From: Rhynchobatus australiae
Lineage: Eukaryota
Assembly (NCBI GenBank): GCA_034780895.1
Contig: JAUZTB010000001.1
Span: 21,964,516 to 22,028,515 of the forward strand
Reading direction: 5' to 3'
DNA length: 64,000 nucleotides
A program made the position numbers and the translations under genes. Positions 38,771 through 53,089 of the stretch are shown here, in pieces. The notes under the pieces were generated by a model that was not told where the DNA came from, ran no database searches, and was given only the letters and a program-made list of their open reading frames with translations. Numbering within the stretch: the stretch's first letter is position 1; each line of letters begins with the position of its first letter.

Positions 38771-39710
38771 CAATGTTCAAAGCTAATGGGTAATTAAGCT
38801 ATAGCAACTATGTTCCTGAACCAAGTGTGTAGGCAATGCTTCTGGTGGGCACACTTGGAGGCCAAACTCCAGGCCATTTTTGCCTAAAAGAGGAGGGCTC
38901 TTAAGTTCAACATCTGCAATGTGAAGATCCTCTGCCAACTTGCCCCTTTTATACAGCACTACCACCTGACAATAAAATATCAAGGTGAGATTTTGGAAAA
39001 TGGAGACCATTTCTTGTATCTCAGGACCACCTGTTGATGAAGGCAGACATTGATGATGAAATTCATTGTCACCTTCAGTATGTCTGTGCAGTCTTTGGTC
39101 AATTGAGGAAAGGGGTATTTGAAGATCTGGCACAAAATTCATGGTTTATCGGGAAGTGGTGATACCTGCCCTCTTGTGTTTCTGAGACCTGGACTGCCTA
39201 TCGCAGGCACTGGATAGGTATGACCAAGGCTGAGTCTACAAAATCCTCCAAATTCATTAGCAGGGTGTGAACTACTGTCAGTGATCCCTCAGGCCAACAT
39301 CCCGAGCACCGAGGCCCTAATTACACTGAGTTGTCTTCATTGGGTAGACCATACTGGTTGCATGTCTGACTCTAAACTCCTGAAATGTTCTGAGTTCTGT
39401 TAAGGGAAGAGATTACCAAGCAGACAGAGGAAAAGAGTCAAGATTGTGCTAAAAGCCTCCTTGATAAAAATATGGTATTTCCAATGAGCCTTGGGAATCC
39501 CTGGCCCATGACTGTTCAAAGTGGAGAAGGGATATTCTGTATGATATTGAGAACTTCAAGTCCAAGCATCTGGCATCTGAGCACACAGAATTCCTATGTA
39601 ATGACAGAAGGCACACACCACTCCACAAACTGACTATTCACCTGCTCCAAGTGTGGAAGAATCTGCAATTCCCACCTTGGCCTCCTCAGACACCTCAGAG
39701 CTCACAAAAC
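38771..39710 (+). mobile_element. RTE-clade LINE, RT C-terminal half and Zn-finger-like end
   Basis: LENGDHFLYL..KADIDDEIHCHLQ...FGQLRKGVFED, then GKRLP..Q.KR..D..KASL, ending CSKCGRICNSHLGLLRHLRAH. Confidence 0.8.
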
Positions 39711-42700
39711 NNNNNNNNNNNNNNNNNNNNNNNNNNNNNNNNNNNNNNNNNNNNNNNNNNNNNNNNNNNNNNNNNNNNNNNNNNNNNNNNNNNNNNNNNN
39801 NNNNNNNNNNNNNNNNNNNNNNNNNNNNNNNNNNNNNNNNNNNNNNNNNNNNNNNNNNNNNNNNNNNNNNNNNNNNNNNNNNNNNNNNNNNNNNNNNNNN
39901 NNNNNNNNNNNNNNNNNNNNNNNNNNNNNNNNNNNNNNAATCAAAGGTACCTCCATTTTTTCTGTCAATGAAATGAATAGATACCATCAAAAAAGAAGAA
40001 AATAATCCCTCTCCAATTTAGGTAATTTTTGAAGTCCTAGGACAATAACCAGAGTGTCCTAAACTACATTGGTTGGCTGCCTCTTTAGGATTGCTTGGGG
40101 TTGGAATCATATCCAGAGGTTTGGTATAATAGGTAATGTACACAAAAACTCTTCCTGCATCCTATTCATGCATTAAAAAGTTAGAATAATAAAAGTAAAG
40201 CTAATTAAAACATATTTTTCTGTTATATCATGATGGAAATGGTCAAAACGGGCTACCTACTCTTACTTCATTTAAAGACTATGGTGCTTCTGTAATAGGA
40301 TCCATGCATTTGCCCACTATTTCACTGTCTTCAATTTCAGTTCAAGATTTCAACGTCATGTCTTAAGACTTAATTGGAGGAGGCCAGGCACCTCTTAGAT
40401 TGGTGGGATATTGTCTTGGTGTTGAGATGTCCTTTGTGAGGCTTGGAACAGACAAGATTTAGTTAGTTCTATATTGTAAAATACCATAAGTAATTAAACT
40501 TAAGGTATTCTAAGAGAAAAGCTGTTTCATCTGTATTAGTACTAACTAGAGAATCAAGAAATATTTCAAAGGAGAGAGTCTAGAAATTTTCTGTCAGGAT
40601 GCCTCTATGAGTAAGCATATAATATATATGGATGTCCTAGCATTTGGTGAGAACCATTCTGAGAATTTGATCAAGCTTTTGAGTAAATTTCTTTACATAG
40701 CACCATGTGAAAGGATTCCTAGGCCTCTGTAGCTTGGTTGAGACCTTGGATCCTGACTCCAATCACAATGTGAAGGCAATTTATTATAAGAGTAAAAGGT
40801 ACTCCTTGAATATTCAGAACATTTAAACTCCATTTAAAATAAACATATTCATTTTGATGGAATATAGGCTTCACCCATCATGAACTACACTTGGGAAGGT
40901 GACAGTGAGGCATATTTTTGAACTGCTGCAGTAGGAGTTGCACGGGTTATAAATGTGATATTTTCTGAATTCATGAATTGAATGAAAGGCCTGCTGATAA
41001 AACGCCTCAGTTCCCAATGGGTTAATGCATGACCATTCACTGTGAAACTACCCCATTCCCTTCTCTCAGTCTGATAATTGAGTTTATGAAACAATCTTTG
41101 TGGGAAGAAACTTGTTGGTCACCTCTTCCTCGACAGACCGATTGCCAAATCAAACATACTAGCTTGTTTGTTGCAGAACATGCCTTGTCCCCATAGCCCA
41201 CGGTGCAAAATATGTTGAGAAAGTTTCCATCTCTTATAGTTGCCAACAGAAGTGCATATTTCCTCAAATATTGTTAAATTTCATTAACTAAAACATTTAC
41301 ATAGCTGATGGCAATCCTAGTGGATGTGCATTTCTGTTGAGCTGCCTGTGGTCCATTGTGCAATATATAACCAGTGTAAAATGATCCTAGAGAAATTGGT
41401 ATGAAAATTTTAAAAACTGGCTAGGAATTTCCCCAGAGCTGCTCTTGCTCTGGTAGGATTTNNNNNNNNNNNNNNNNNNNNNNNNNNNNNNNNNNNNNNN
41501 NNNNNNNNNNNNNNNNNNNNNNNNNNNNNNNNNNGTGCAACTAAGGAAAGATTTTTTTTAAATGTAGCTATTCCGAGCCATTATACAGGGTTTCTCATCC
41601 AAGCATAATATGTACATGCATTACCCTGATCTACATGTCAGATTTATCCAAATTATTCATGTTTTACTGTTCAGTTCACTGAAAATTTTCATTCCAATAA
41701 AAATATCAGTTATGTTGCACACACTGATAAGCTCTTGCAAAGATCATAATTTGTATTAGCATTTAACCTCAGATTGGCTTAACCCCACTGGTAAATAAAT
41801 AGGTTAAATGTCAAATATTACAAATTTGATCATGGTATTTTATATAATTATAATTTCTTGGTGGCCATGGAGGATCAGGTATTAGAGGTCAGGGGTTGGG
41901 GAGGGAAAGGGGTCAGTAGGGTTGATGGTCTAAGCCAGACAGGAATGGAAGCAAGATTAATGGATGTGGGTGGGGACACGGTGAGGGAGAAGCGAGAGGG
42001 ATCAATGGCAACTAAAGGAACTCATTTTACAGAGGTCCTGATTCTGCATGCATGGCTAAAACATGACTGACCCGATAACTAATGATGATTGCTTCCTGAT
42101 CAACTTGAAAAATTTCTGCCACAGTGTTCCTAAAAAGAAGCATTGGATAGGGAATGATATCATGCCAATATGTGATTGATGGGGGAATTATACCAGAAAG
42201 TGCTCGGTTGAATCTCGAGGGTCACAAGGCAACCCAGAAATTATGGTTGATTGGCTTTGTTATTGGGTAGAGTCAGTTTTTAATTACATAACATTGTAAA
42301 AAAAAACAAATACTTTAATGTTCTGTTCAAAAGAGAAGTCAGAAATAACTTTCATGAAACAAATTTAAAGTAGAAATCTATCAAGTTCTATGTGCTAAAT
42401 GCCAATGTAACATCAGTTTGTTGCATCCTTGCTTCAAAAATTCAGAATTTCAGAAGGATTTTTCACCACAGGATGAATTTCCTCCCCAATGTGTTTTTTC
42501 TGTAAGTTCTTTCATCTGCATGATGTTTAATGATTAAAAATATAACCTTCCTTCCCAGTACCAGCCTAGCATTTGCCACTGAATCGTCCCAATGAGAATA
42601 AACTGCACTTAATTCAAAACTTCAGTTGAATGGAGGTCACAGATAATCTCACATCCATCAGTATTCAAACATATTACTAAATGACAAATATAGTTTCAAT

Positions 42701-42861
42701 ATTCTGCTAAATTTCACCCAGGTTTTTCAGTGCTGTAATTACTGTGATATTATTAGTTACTGGACATTTTGATTCAGTCATAATTTGTTATGTGAAAGCT
42801 GATGTGGATTCATAATGTGCCTCTTGTTAACAAAGGCCTTAAATTCTCAGAAGGAAATGTG

Positions 42862-43550
42862 GTCACAGTGTGGTCTCCTCTGCACTGGAGAAACCTAAAG
42901 TAGATTGGGTGATTGCTTTGTGGAGCACCTGCATTCAGTCTGCAGGAACGACCATGAGCTTCAGTTGCCTGTCACTTTAATTCTCCATCCCACTCCTGCA
43001 CTAATCTGTCAGTCTGTGGTCTCTTGCACTGTTACAGTGAGGCCCAACAGAAGTTTGAGAAGTAGCACCTTGNNNNNNNNNNNNNNNNNNNNNNNNNNNN
43101 NNNNNNNNNNNNNNNNNNNNNNNNNNNNNNNNNNNNNNNNNNNNNNNNNNNNNNNNNNNNNNNNNNNNNNNNTTGCACTGTTACAGTGAGGCCCAACAGA
43201 AGTTTGAGAAGTAGCACCTTGTCTTCCATCAGGGCACTTTCCAGCCTTCTGGACTTAATATTGAATCCTACAACTTCATGTAACTTGATTTCTGTGTGTA
43301 TCGGTTGTCCATCTGTGATATTGGTTCAACTTGCTTTGTTGTTTGCCTGTTTTTTCTTCTTTCTCTCTCTGGGAGTAGAGGACATGACCAGCCTGATCTT
43401 CTGGGCACATCTTTCTGCAACTCCGACATTATTTTGCCTAGATTCTCATTCTCTAACTGCTCCCACTGTCTCATTGACAAGATAACCTAGATTACTGCTT
43501 ATCTGGTCACCCCAGTTTTACCCTGTCAGAGACATCCCCCTTCTCCTGAA
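42862..43550 (+). mobile_element. Penelope-like GIY-YIG endonuclease C-terminus and 3' region
   Basis: SQCGLLCTGET*SRLGDCFVEHLHSV...ACHFNSPSHS...GLLHCYSEAQQKFEK*HLVF..GTFQPSGLNIE, with stops and a frameshift. Confidence 0.8.
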
Positions 43551-44279
43551 AACAGTCATGGACCATTAATTATGGTGAGCTACATTTTTTCAGCTTTTGT
43601 TAAAAGTCATTCTGCAATAAAATTATTACTTGCACAATTTAAGGCTGCAGATCCATTACACTGTACTCTTGTTTACACAAAAGCCATACTCCAGGAAATG
43701 TACTTTAAAATGAGCCCCTAAACTTCTGTAGGTGTTCAACATTTGGAACATCAGGAAAAAATATTCAAACTCTTTGAACATCATCTCAATTCTTCATCTA
43801 ATCCTCATCACCCCGTATTAAACAACGTCCTTCAGGCTTTCTATTGCAATCCCACAAACCAACACCTTTGTAATACTTTAAAACTTAGTTTAANNNNNNN
43901 NNNNNNNNNNNNNNNNNNNNNNNNNNNNNNNNNNNNNNNNNNNNNNNNNNNNNNNNNNNNNNNNNNNNNNNNNNNNNNNNNNNNNNNNNNNNNNNNNNNN
44001 NNNNNNNNNNNNNNNNNNNNNNNNNNNNNNNNNNNNNNNNNNNNNNNNNNNNNNNNNNNNNNNNNNNNNNNNNNNNNNNNNNNNNNNNNNNNNNNNNNNN
44101 NNNNNNNNNNNNNNNNNNNNNNNNNNNNNNNNNNNNNNNNNNNNNNNNNNNNNNNNNNNNNNNNNNNNNNNNNNNNNNNNNNNNNNNNNNNNNNNNNNNN
44201 NNNNNNNNNNNNNNNNNNNNNNNNNNNNNNNNNNNNNNNNNNNNNNNNNNNNNNNNNNNNNNNNNNNNNNNNNNNNAAT

Positions 44280-44537
44280 AAAAGGTAGGTCAATCAGGTC
44301 AGAAATGAGAAGAACCTTCTTTGTCCAAAGAATGGTGAATCTTTGGAAGTACCTACCCAAGAGGCCTGCAGAGGCTTGGTTGCTGAGCATACTGAAGACA
44401 CACTTGATAGATTTTCAAGTATGTGGGAGTAGTTCAGGAAAGTGGTGCTGACGTATAAGGTCAGCCGTGATTTTATTGATTAGCAGACCAAGAAAGAAAG
44501 GCCGAATGGCTGACTCCTGTTTTGATTTTAATGTTCA
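44280..44537 (+). mobile_element. CR1 3' end
   Basis: MRRTFFVQRMVNLWKYLP, then the tail ggccgaatggctgactcctg. Confidence 0.75.
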
Positions 44538-47119
44538 AATCTTCCTGAGGTGTAGTTTTGCTGGCGTAGTCTCCTTGTGGGATGATTTTTATAGCTAGAA
44601 TAAAAGGTCAAGATCATTCAATTTGAGTCGAATGCAAAATACACTTTGAAATTTCATTAATTTTTGCACCATATACACTGAAATCAGGGATAATTGCATC
44701 AAGAAGTGTCCTCACAATGGGGCTGAACTTCCAAGCCCTCATGTACATTTATTTTACAACTCAGAGGGCCTGAATAACTTCACAGGGNNNNNNNNNNNNN
44801 NNNNNNNNNNNNATTTTTTAAAAAATAGAGATATGGGTAGGAAAGCACTTGTTAAAATAATTCAGAGGATAGAAGATCCTGCTGAATATCCTTTTGTTGT
44901 TTGAATTTTGACATCTTTTACTCCTGATTATACCAGTTAAAATAATAGAAAAGTGAAGAATCCTAACTCTAATTACACCCAATTTAAATAAAAGCCTGCA
45001 TAATCTATCAGTAAAACTTCCTGTCAAAAGTAATTTAATATTGTATTAGACCTTGTCAAAGTTTCAAATTCTAAATGATAAAGCAGCCTTGCCTACAAGG
45101 ATAACATACAAAAGAACATTCTCTTTAGTTAGAGTTTCAAGGTCTATCGTCATAGGCGACATTATTCTCTTTAGATATCACCTCAAGCTTTGTTCAGCGC
45201 TAAGGTAACATACAGTATGTATCTTTATTTCTTAGTACTGAATGTGTTTAGAAATAAATCCCATAAATACAATTTACCCTTCTGAGTGTTCACCTTCCTT
45301 CACGCCACCACCTTTTGTTAAAGGTAGTGTATATTGATACATAATATTGCCAAGCTAATACAGTAAACAAGTTTATGAGAAAAACAAAATAAACATCATC
45401 AACATCTATACTGTACTTTGGGGCAATATTTTCAGGGCAGTGAGTAATTCAATGTAATTCAATGATTTAGCATAAACATAAACTCAAGTTATCATCTGTT
45501 TGGCTTTTCTTCTGTTCTTCTTGTCCAAGTGTGTAGAGTTGTACATTGAGTTACAGGTTTTACCAAAAGCTTGTATATTTTCTATCCATGGCAAAATGTA
45601 GCACTGTGATGGCATGATAGATCCCTGTACATTTCAATGGAGTATTATGAAAATATTGGCATAAAGCTGCTGTCACTTTACAAGTTAGATGATTCTTTAA
45701 TATGTTCAATTTAACGATAACTAACTATTATTCCCTGAAAAAATGCTACGGCCTTGTACTACACAGGATTTTTGCTTATGAATCTTATTCAGGGCTATTG
45801 TGAATGAAATATCCTCAGTACAAGCTTTTTCACATTGCTGCTTCAGGTAGGAATGAAATTTTGAAATATGTTTGTGTGCAATTCTGTCAGGCAGTTGCAG
45901 TCAAATGTGGACATGAGTGTAGCAATAGGTGATTTGACATTGATGGGGAGTACCTCACATGACAATGTCTTTGGGTTTACCTTAAGTACATACCAAAACT
46001 GAGAGATTATTGTGTGGGGAATTGTAAGTAAAAACCTGTATTNNNNNNNNNNNNNNNNNNNNNNNNNNNNNNNNNNNNNNNNNNNNNNNNNNNNNNNNNN
46101 NNNNNNNNNNNNNNNNNNNNNNNNNNNNNNNNNNNNNNNNNNTTTGATCCATGCAGCAAAATAATGGTGCTTACTACCATTTAGTATTCATTCCAAGACT
46201 AAATTTTACCATCAAAAGAATATCAGTGCATTCTTTAGCTGCATGCATTGTGTCTTAAACTTTTGTTTTAGCTCATAAGGACAACTTGCAGTTAAGCTGC
46301 ACACCTGTGTATATGTATTTCATGCAATATGTGTTCCTTTAATATGCCAAAATTATTTATCAAATTATTTTTATTGGAATTCTGGGAACTTTAGCTGGGA
46401 GAACTATATAACAGAAAATAAAGTTCAAGCGACGTAGATCTTGATAGTGTGGCAATTAAAGAAAATAATGGCATCATTGTAAACTGAAAATGAATGTTGC
46501 AGGAACAATAAGCATAACCTTTTTATATCTATTCTTTTCCATTGTATTTTGTCAGAGTAGCAAAATGTAACACTGTGGTGATACAACAGATCTGTGTGTG
46601 CATTCCTGACATGGTGCAATGTGAAAAGAAAGTATTACTGTTATATCTCCATGTCATTGCTTCATTTTACATTGCTACATATTTCTGTTTTGTTTTTACT
46701 GTGTAATATGACAGCTTTTTAATGAAAGCAAAGTTGTATTCCATGAATTGATGTTGGAACCACAATGCATTTGGCATGCATCCAGGGGAGATCAATTTTG
46801 TTTAACACAAGCCATTTTTGCCACCATGCTATCTGGTCATAAGGCTCTTTAAATGATCCTGTTCAGATATTAGTTTAATGTGTTTGTTTGCAATATATTT
46901 ATTGGCCAATATAATTCAGTCCAAATAGTAGACAAAAGATTTTACGGATCTGCACTTAGCATTAATTTCACGGGCTTAGCCTGTTATTAAGACACCTTAC
47001 TCAGTATTGAATTACAAAATAGACCTAGCTGTGTGCAGCCCTAAAGCTGATCTCTGAATTCATTGACAAATTATTACACAGTAATAGTGAAAGAGCCTAC
47101 ATTTTTAACTCACCCTGAA

Positions 47120-47600
47120 TGATTCAGGCTGCCCCAAAACTGCTTTGTAGTTATTGAAATGTGGGCAATGCAGCAGTCAATTTATGCACAGNNNNNNNNN
47201 NNNNNNNNNNNNNNNNNNNNNNNNNNNNNNNNNNNNNNNNNNNNNNNNNNNNNNNNNNNNNNNNNNNNNNNNNNNNNNNNNNNNNNNNNNNNNNNNNNNN
47301 NNNNNNNNNNNNNNNNGGGAGAATGACATTTCAGGTCAAAGATCCTTAAAGGCATTGTTTGAAGGATGAGCAGTTGCCAGGATATCTGAGGAATTCCTGT
47401 ACTCTTCTTAAACTTGGTGTTACTGGATTTTTAGCATCTATCTGAGTGGGTAGCCATATTCTTGATTTATCATCTGAAAGTTGCTGCCTCTGATAGTGCA
47501 GTGCTCTCTCACTGTTGCACTGAAGTGCTGTGTGATTGTGTGTAGGCTTCTGGAGTGCATCATAAGCCATCAACCCTATTCTTCACAGTTGAGGATGTTA
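47120..47600 (-). mobile_element. DeuSINE (SacSINE1-like) spanning a gap
   Basis: tcatctgaaag..gcctctgatagtgcagtgctctctcactgttgcactg is the reverse complement of the Deu-type body; gcagcagtcaatttatgcacag matches the 3' part. Confidence 0.6.
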
Positions 47601-50600
47601 TTGCTATACAAGGTTAACACTTAACATAATCTATTATAATTTACATTTTTAATGATTACGTGCATGCATTTTATGTAACTGAGAATTTCATAGGAATACA
47701 TATTTGAGGATGCCGCAGTCGTAAATTTGAAAACCATTAAACATTAATTAACTGTTTATCTTTTAATCTTATTTTAAAATGAAGGCTCTGAGAATTGCAC
47801 AATGTCAGCTGTGGCTCATCAGTAGCACTCTTGTCCATAAGCACATATGTTTTACAAATATTCAAGAAGCTGGCTTCCCATCATAATATTTCATGACCTG
47901 TATTGTAATTTTACCAAGCTTAAGTTGATATCCTTGACATTTTTGTTCTGCTGAAAATATGCATGTTGCTTTCTTAAGAAATTCGTAGCCAAAATTAACG
48001 CAAGAGATTTCCATTTTAAACAACAGGATTTNNNNNNNNNNNNNNNNNNNNNNNNNNNNNNNNNNNNNNNNNNNNNNNNNNNNNNNNNNNNNNNNNNNNN
48101 NNNNNNNNNNNNNNNNNNNNNNNNNNNNNNNNNNNNNNNNNNNNNNNNNNNNNNNNNNNNNNNNNNNNNNNNNNNNNNNNNNNNNNNNNNNNNNNNNNNN
48201 NNNNNNNNNNNNNNNNNNNNNNNNNNNNNNNNNNNNNNNNNNNNNNNNNNNGGCATGGCAATAAAACTGTGAGGATAATGGATATAGTATTGTGTAATAG
48301 GCTGGGCTTCATTTGTTTGTACCAATAGAAGTATAAATGAAGCCCATATGTTGTTTTAAAGTATTTAAACTGTGATGGTAATAATTGGTGTTTATTTCTG
48401 ATGAACATAGTGTTTTGCTTTTGGTTACAATGTGTGCACATTAAGTTGTAGCTGCAAATTATGTTGAATCAGCCTTTTTTGCTTTATTGTGCTTCCAGTG
48501 CCTGAGGAAAGGTAGCAAAATGTAATTGTCTTATTAACCACAGATTTACATTGCTTTGTTCATTTTGATGAAATAGGATGCCTTCAATTGGTATTGGTAG
48601 CAGTGCATTTGTGGATGCAATAATCTGCCAATTAAAATTGAACAGAAAATAAACTTCTAGTACCGGAGCGACTCTGCTTTCCCATTAAGGCTGCCATTTG
48701 CACTGCAGCAGGTGTGAGAAGGCTGCAGATCCAGGTTTCTGGCAACCTGTAGTCCGGCTGCATTTCTTAAACAGTAAAGTGTCCATTGACAGATGCAATG
48801 GGGATTAGCTGTGTGTCTGTCGTTGCAGCTGACGTGGAAGGGAAAAAGTCCAGCTGGGTTAGACATATACATTTAATTTGAAAATTCTGAGGTGAATGTT
48901 ACTTTTCTGTCCCTTTTAAATAAAAAAGGTTCATGCACACTTCAGTGGCTTGTGAATTCCATGTGACTATCCATCTAATAATAGCCTGCAAGAAAGGTTC
49001 TTTACATTTCTATGTATTAAGTGAATCCACTTATCTAATCACTTGTGATCATTTTGGCTTTGTTGACATGTTGTCTGATTNNNNNNNNNNGTTGTTTACT
49101 CCCCCCCCCCCTTACTTTACACTAATTTTCTTAAAAAATATATAAACATTTCACTTCAGATTTACAGAAAGACTGCTTTCTAGAAGATAAAGGAAAGCAA
49201 AGTCTGGCAAATCTCTTCTGCCCTCTGCCCTCAAAGCTCTCAGGAGTGAATTTCATCAAAAAAAATACTCGTCAGTGGTTGTGTCGTGTCTGATAACCTA
49301 GTTACTGGGACTGACCCTAATGGGTTCACATTAGGCACCAGCTGGAGCTCTGCTAAGTGTTTACACTGCTATAGGCATTGGCTTTTTTCAAATCCAGCTG
49401 TACAAGCATCGAGGAAACTCTGTGGTGCTGTGACATCAAGTTGCCACATTGGCGTCTGCTATTACCCTGGAGACAATAGAAAAGATCAAAGGCTAAGTCT
49501 GATCTAATATGAGGCCTGTGTTTACATTATACCAAAGTACCAATGTCTTGCTGATACCAATCAGTCACACGACATATGATTTTGCATAGCAGAATGAGCA
49601 GAGTAAATTCTACTGTGCATGTCAATCAACATTATATACTGGACATAAATAGTAGTGATGGAAGAGGTAGTGGTGTCCAGTAATCCTATGGTATAGCATA
49701 ATGTCTCTGTGTCTCAGGTGATTTGAATTTCCATAAGAAAATCTTTAGATGAAAAAAAATTGGGGACTGACTGCATGGATAAGAAAACCTGCGGATCAGA
49801 TGTGCTAATACATTAAGTTGCTCAGATATGCATAACAGCATCAAATACCTTGCAAAGCGGACAGATCTGGCTGCCATTTCCGCCATGTTCATGAGAACAG
49901 CATGATCACTCGTGTTGGAACAGGTCTTGATTGCATATTTGAGGGCTGCTTTGGCATCTTGAGTCGATCCAGAGTCGGCTCCATCTTATGGATTCTGGCA
50001 CTAATTTACTAGCTTCAGCTAGGCCCTTAAATTACCCCTTCAATAACTCTCCATTGGCCCAACAACATTTCTGCTGACCCAACTGCAGCAATACTCCCCA
50101 GCAGCAGATCATGACCCCTATCATCTGATGTCTATTCCATCCATAAAGGTAACAACAGTTCTTGATGTCCCAACTTTCTCTTCACTTTCTCTCTCCCTTC
50201 TCTGTTAGCCTCCCACTTCCCACCCTCCCACTGCGTTCAATATCTGTGACCTATTCATTTTAGGCATTGTGCCATTGAATTACAAAGTCAGATTTTCAAA
50301 AAAAAATCCAACTTTGATTTCTGTCCATCTACTGCACACCTGCAAATACTATTGAATTTCTAGACCTATAACTTTTGAGCTGAAAGGGTTGTTGTTCAAA
50401 TGATGCATGATCGCTTGACCTCCCAATCAACAAAGTGTAAGCAATGTCATTTCAGAAATGAAGATATTTTAGCTCTGAATGCAAGAAACAGTTAAGAATC
50501 ATGCTAGGAAACTTCGGAAACACCTCACCAGTTAAATTGCTGTCATTGACAATGATGGACCAGATCATGGTGAATCTGGTCTGTGCCATGTGGTTGTCCC

Positions 50601-51579
50601 CTGACATCCTATGGCCTTTAACTTAATCTCCAGGCCTCACATTTGTGGTTGTCTCTAGAAGCAGAATGGTGGACATATCGCAACTGATGCTCTGGCAGTG
50701 CTAATGCCCCTGGACTGTTTTGGTCATCTTTTAACAGCATGCGCCTGTCAAAGATCATTGAATTAATTGCTCTTGTCCATCACAGATGGTCAAAGGTATT
50801 TANNNNNNNNNNNNNNNNNNNNNNNNNNNNNNNNNNNNNNNNNNNNNNNNNNNNNNNNNNNNNNNNNTATTTAACTAGTATACGGTAATTAAAACATTGA
50901 AATTAACTAAAGTTTTAAAAAAAGACTTTGCTACACTTATCTTTTTTCAGTAACCCTATTGAAATGAATGGGGTTGTGCTACATAAGGGCCAAATACAAA
51001 GTATACATGGCCCCTCAACTCAGCATGTCTAAGCTCCTCTTTGGGTTCCATGCAGAGTTTAGTGGTGGAGCGAGTGGTCAGATGCAATAGCATCTTATCT
51101 CCAGCAGATTCCCAAATTTCCCTACCAAACTGCCAACTGCTATTCAGTATAATTGTACATTACAGTGACGCATTACTGATTGACAGGTCAAGTCAGTGGC
51201 AGAGGAAAGCTTAGAGTCAGAACTAATAAATAGAAAAGTATTACCATAATTGTTTTGAAAATGTCTGTGTGGTAAAACCCCAGTTAATTTAGATTTCTAC
51301 AGAGTTAGCATGTACACAGTTGCCAGATTAGCACCAAAATAATTTGTTGCTTTCATGAATCATGAAGGGAGAGATTTTTTAGTTTTGTGACTCAAATCAA
51401 GCAAAAGATAACTACCAATTTCTAATGAAAACTCATAATGCTGAGTAGAAAATGTGTAGTATCTATTTTGGGTTACTAAATTCATCGTAATTTAATTGCT
51501 TCCATCTCACTTCCAGGATGACTATGCCCATTGCCCTTACTTTCTCTCTCTTGCTCTCTCGGTCTCTCTGTCTCCCTCT

Positions 51580-52460
51580 CTCTGATTTCTGAGCTATTTA
51601 GTTGCAGTTTGGAGATGTGAGCACAGGTGATAACAAAGGCATGGTGAATGTTACAACAATAATGCTGATGCAAGGGCTAAGTGAATGAAGTGGACAGACT
51701 AAATATAGGATGTTATTGATGGCATAGTTATGTAGTCTGAAACTCATCTTGGGGTCACATATAGCGCCAAGGTGAGGTCAGTTTGGTTTAGTTTTGGACA
51801 GGTGCCAGGGAGAGGATGGAGTCGCTTGATAAGGAAGAGAATATTTGTCACAATACAGAATATTGTCACAATATTTGGTTGAAGGAAACCCAGTACCGAA
51901 TCATCAGCATTAACCTGGAAACAGCATAAATATGGAGATGGAAAGAACTGAGGTGAGTATATTGTCACGCCAGTGACCAGACATTTGTAGTAGTGTATTG
52001 TGGTGTGGTCAACTCTCAGACTTCAGACAAGTTGAGAAATGAATGATTATCCTTGTCACAAATCTAGATTGCCAGTGGTGACTTTGATCAGAGCTTTTCC
52101 AAGTACTGTGGCAGGAGATGGCAAGATGGAACCTGATATGACTGATTCAAACAAGAGTTACAGTTCCAGCATGTTCAAAGACATTAAAAAGGAAAGTAGT
52201 TGGAGATGAGGCAGTAATTTCCAGGAATGGAATGGTTAAGGCTTGCTTTGGTTCCGGAATTTCTTTTAAGGCAAATGTGAAAGAAAGGAAGATTGTACCT
52301 GAAGACAGAAAATGGTTAACAATATCAGCTAGCACAGCCAGGACAAGAAGAAGGGAGGTCAGCAGTTTAGTGAAATTGGGGTCAACAGAACAGGAGGTGG
52401 GTCTCATAGATGAGGGATTCAGAGGCAAGTGAGGAGATGGGAGGGAAATACAAGAACAAT
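51580..52460 (-). mobile_element. Decayed L2 RT region
   Basis: SSMRPTSCSVDPNFTKLL (cf. TSCSLDPIPTKLL), with HAFVIT and RNLGV-like remnants. Confidence 0.7.
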
Positions 52461-53089
52461 GCAAAATTTGTGGTTCAGCCTGAAGAAAACATCAGTCAGT
52501 TGGCCTGGTGAACTGGGAGAAAAAGGAAAATAGCAAAGCTAGCTGAACAGATGGTCTGAAACTTTGAGATGAAGAGGCATGCGCACGTACTGTTGAAGGA
52601 AGGATGGAGGAGACTGAAGAAGTGTTTAAGAGGGTAGTTTAAAATAGTGAAGAGAGGCAGTGAATTACCTTTTGTATTTTAGAATGATCATGGATTGTTT
52701 TGGCAGAGGATAGCACGGCTTGATAGCACTATATGTGGTCCAACCAAATTTGAAAGTGTGTGGTTCAACCAGTTGTCCAGAATATCTGTTCACATTTTTA
52801 TTTCTTGGACTTAAAATAAGAGAAGATGAGGCTTCATTGAGGGATTAGCCAGGCTGAGAAGAGATAATGGGTTTTTATGAGAACTGTAGAGCCAAATGCG
52901 GATGGGAACATTTGATTAAAAAGATTTGTCTTTATGAAAATATAATAATAAATGGCAAAAAATAGACAGTCCATTGCAAACATAAAGTGAAACATTAAAC
53001 CGATGCCTCATTTGCACTCTCAAGTCTGCATAAAATATTTCATTCAAAGAACCTATTAGGTCACTCCTACTGTATCATCTCTTAACGGA

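Noticed and set aside
39640-39710. C2H2-like motif CSKCGRICNSHLGLLRHLRAH as a zinc-finger gene
   Set aside because: It is the C-terminus of the RTE element, not a host gene.
41860-42010. G-rich segment, possible L2 fragment or G-quadruplex
   Set aside because: Too short and degenerate to classify.
50770-50800. cacagatgg (HRW) as a possible next GTDC1 exon
   Set aside because: Flanks do not encode HIVWP and there is no suitable splice context.
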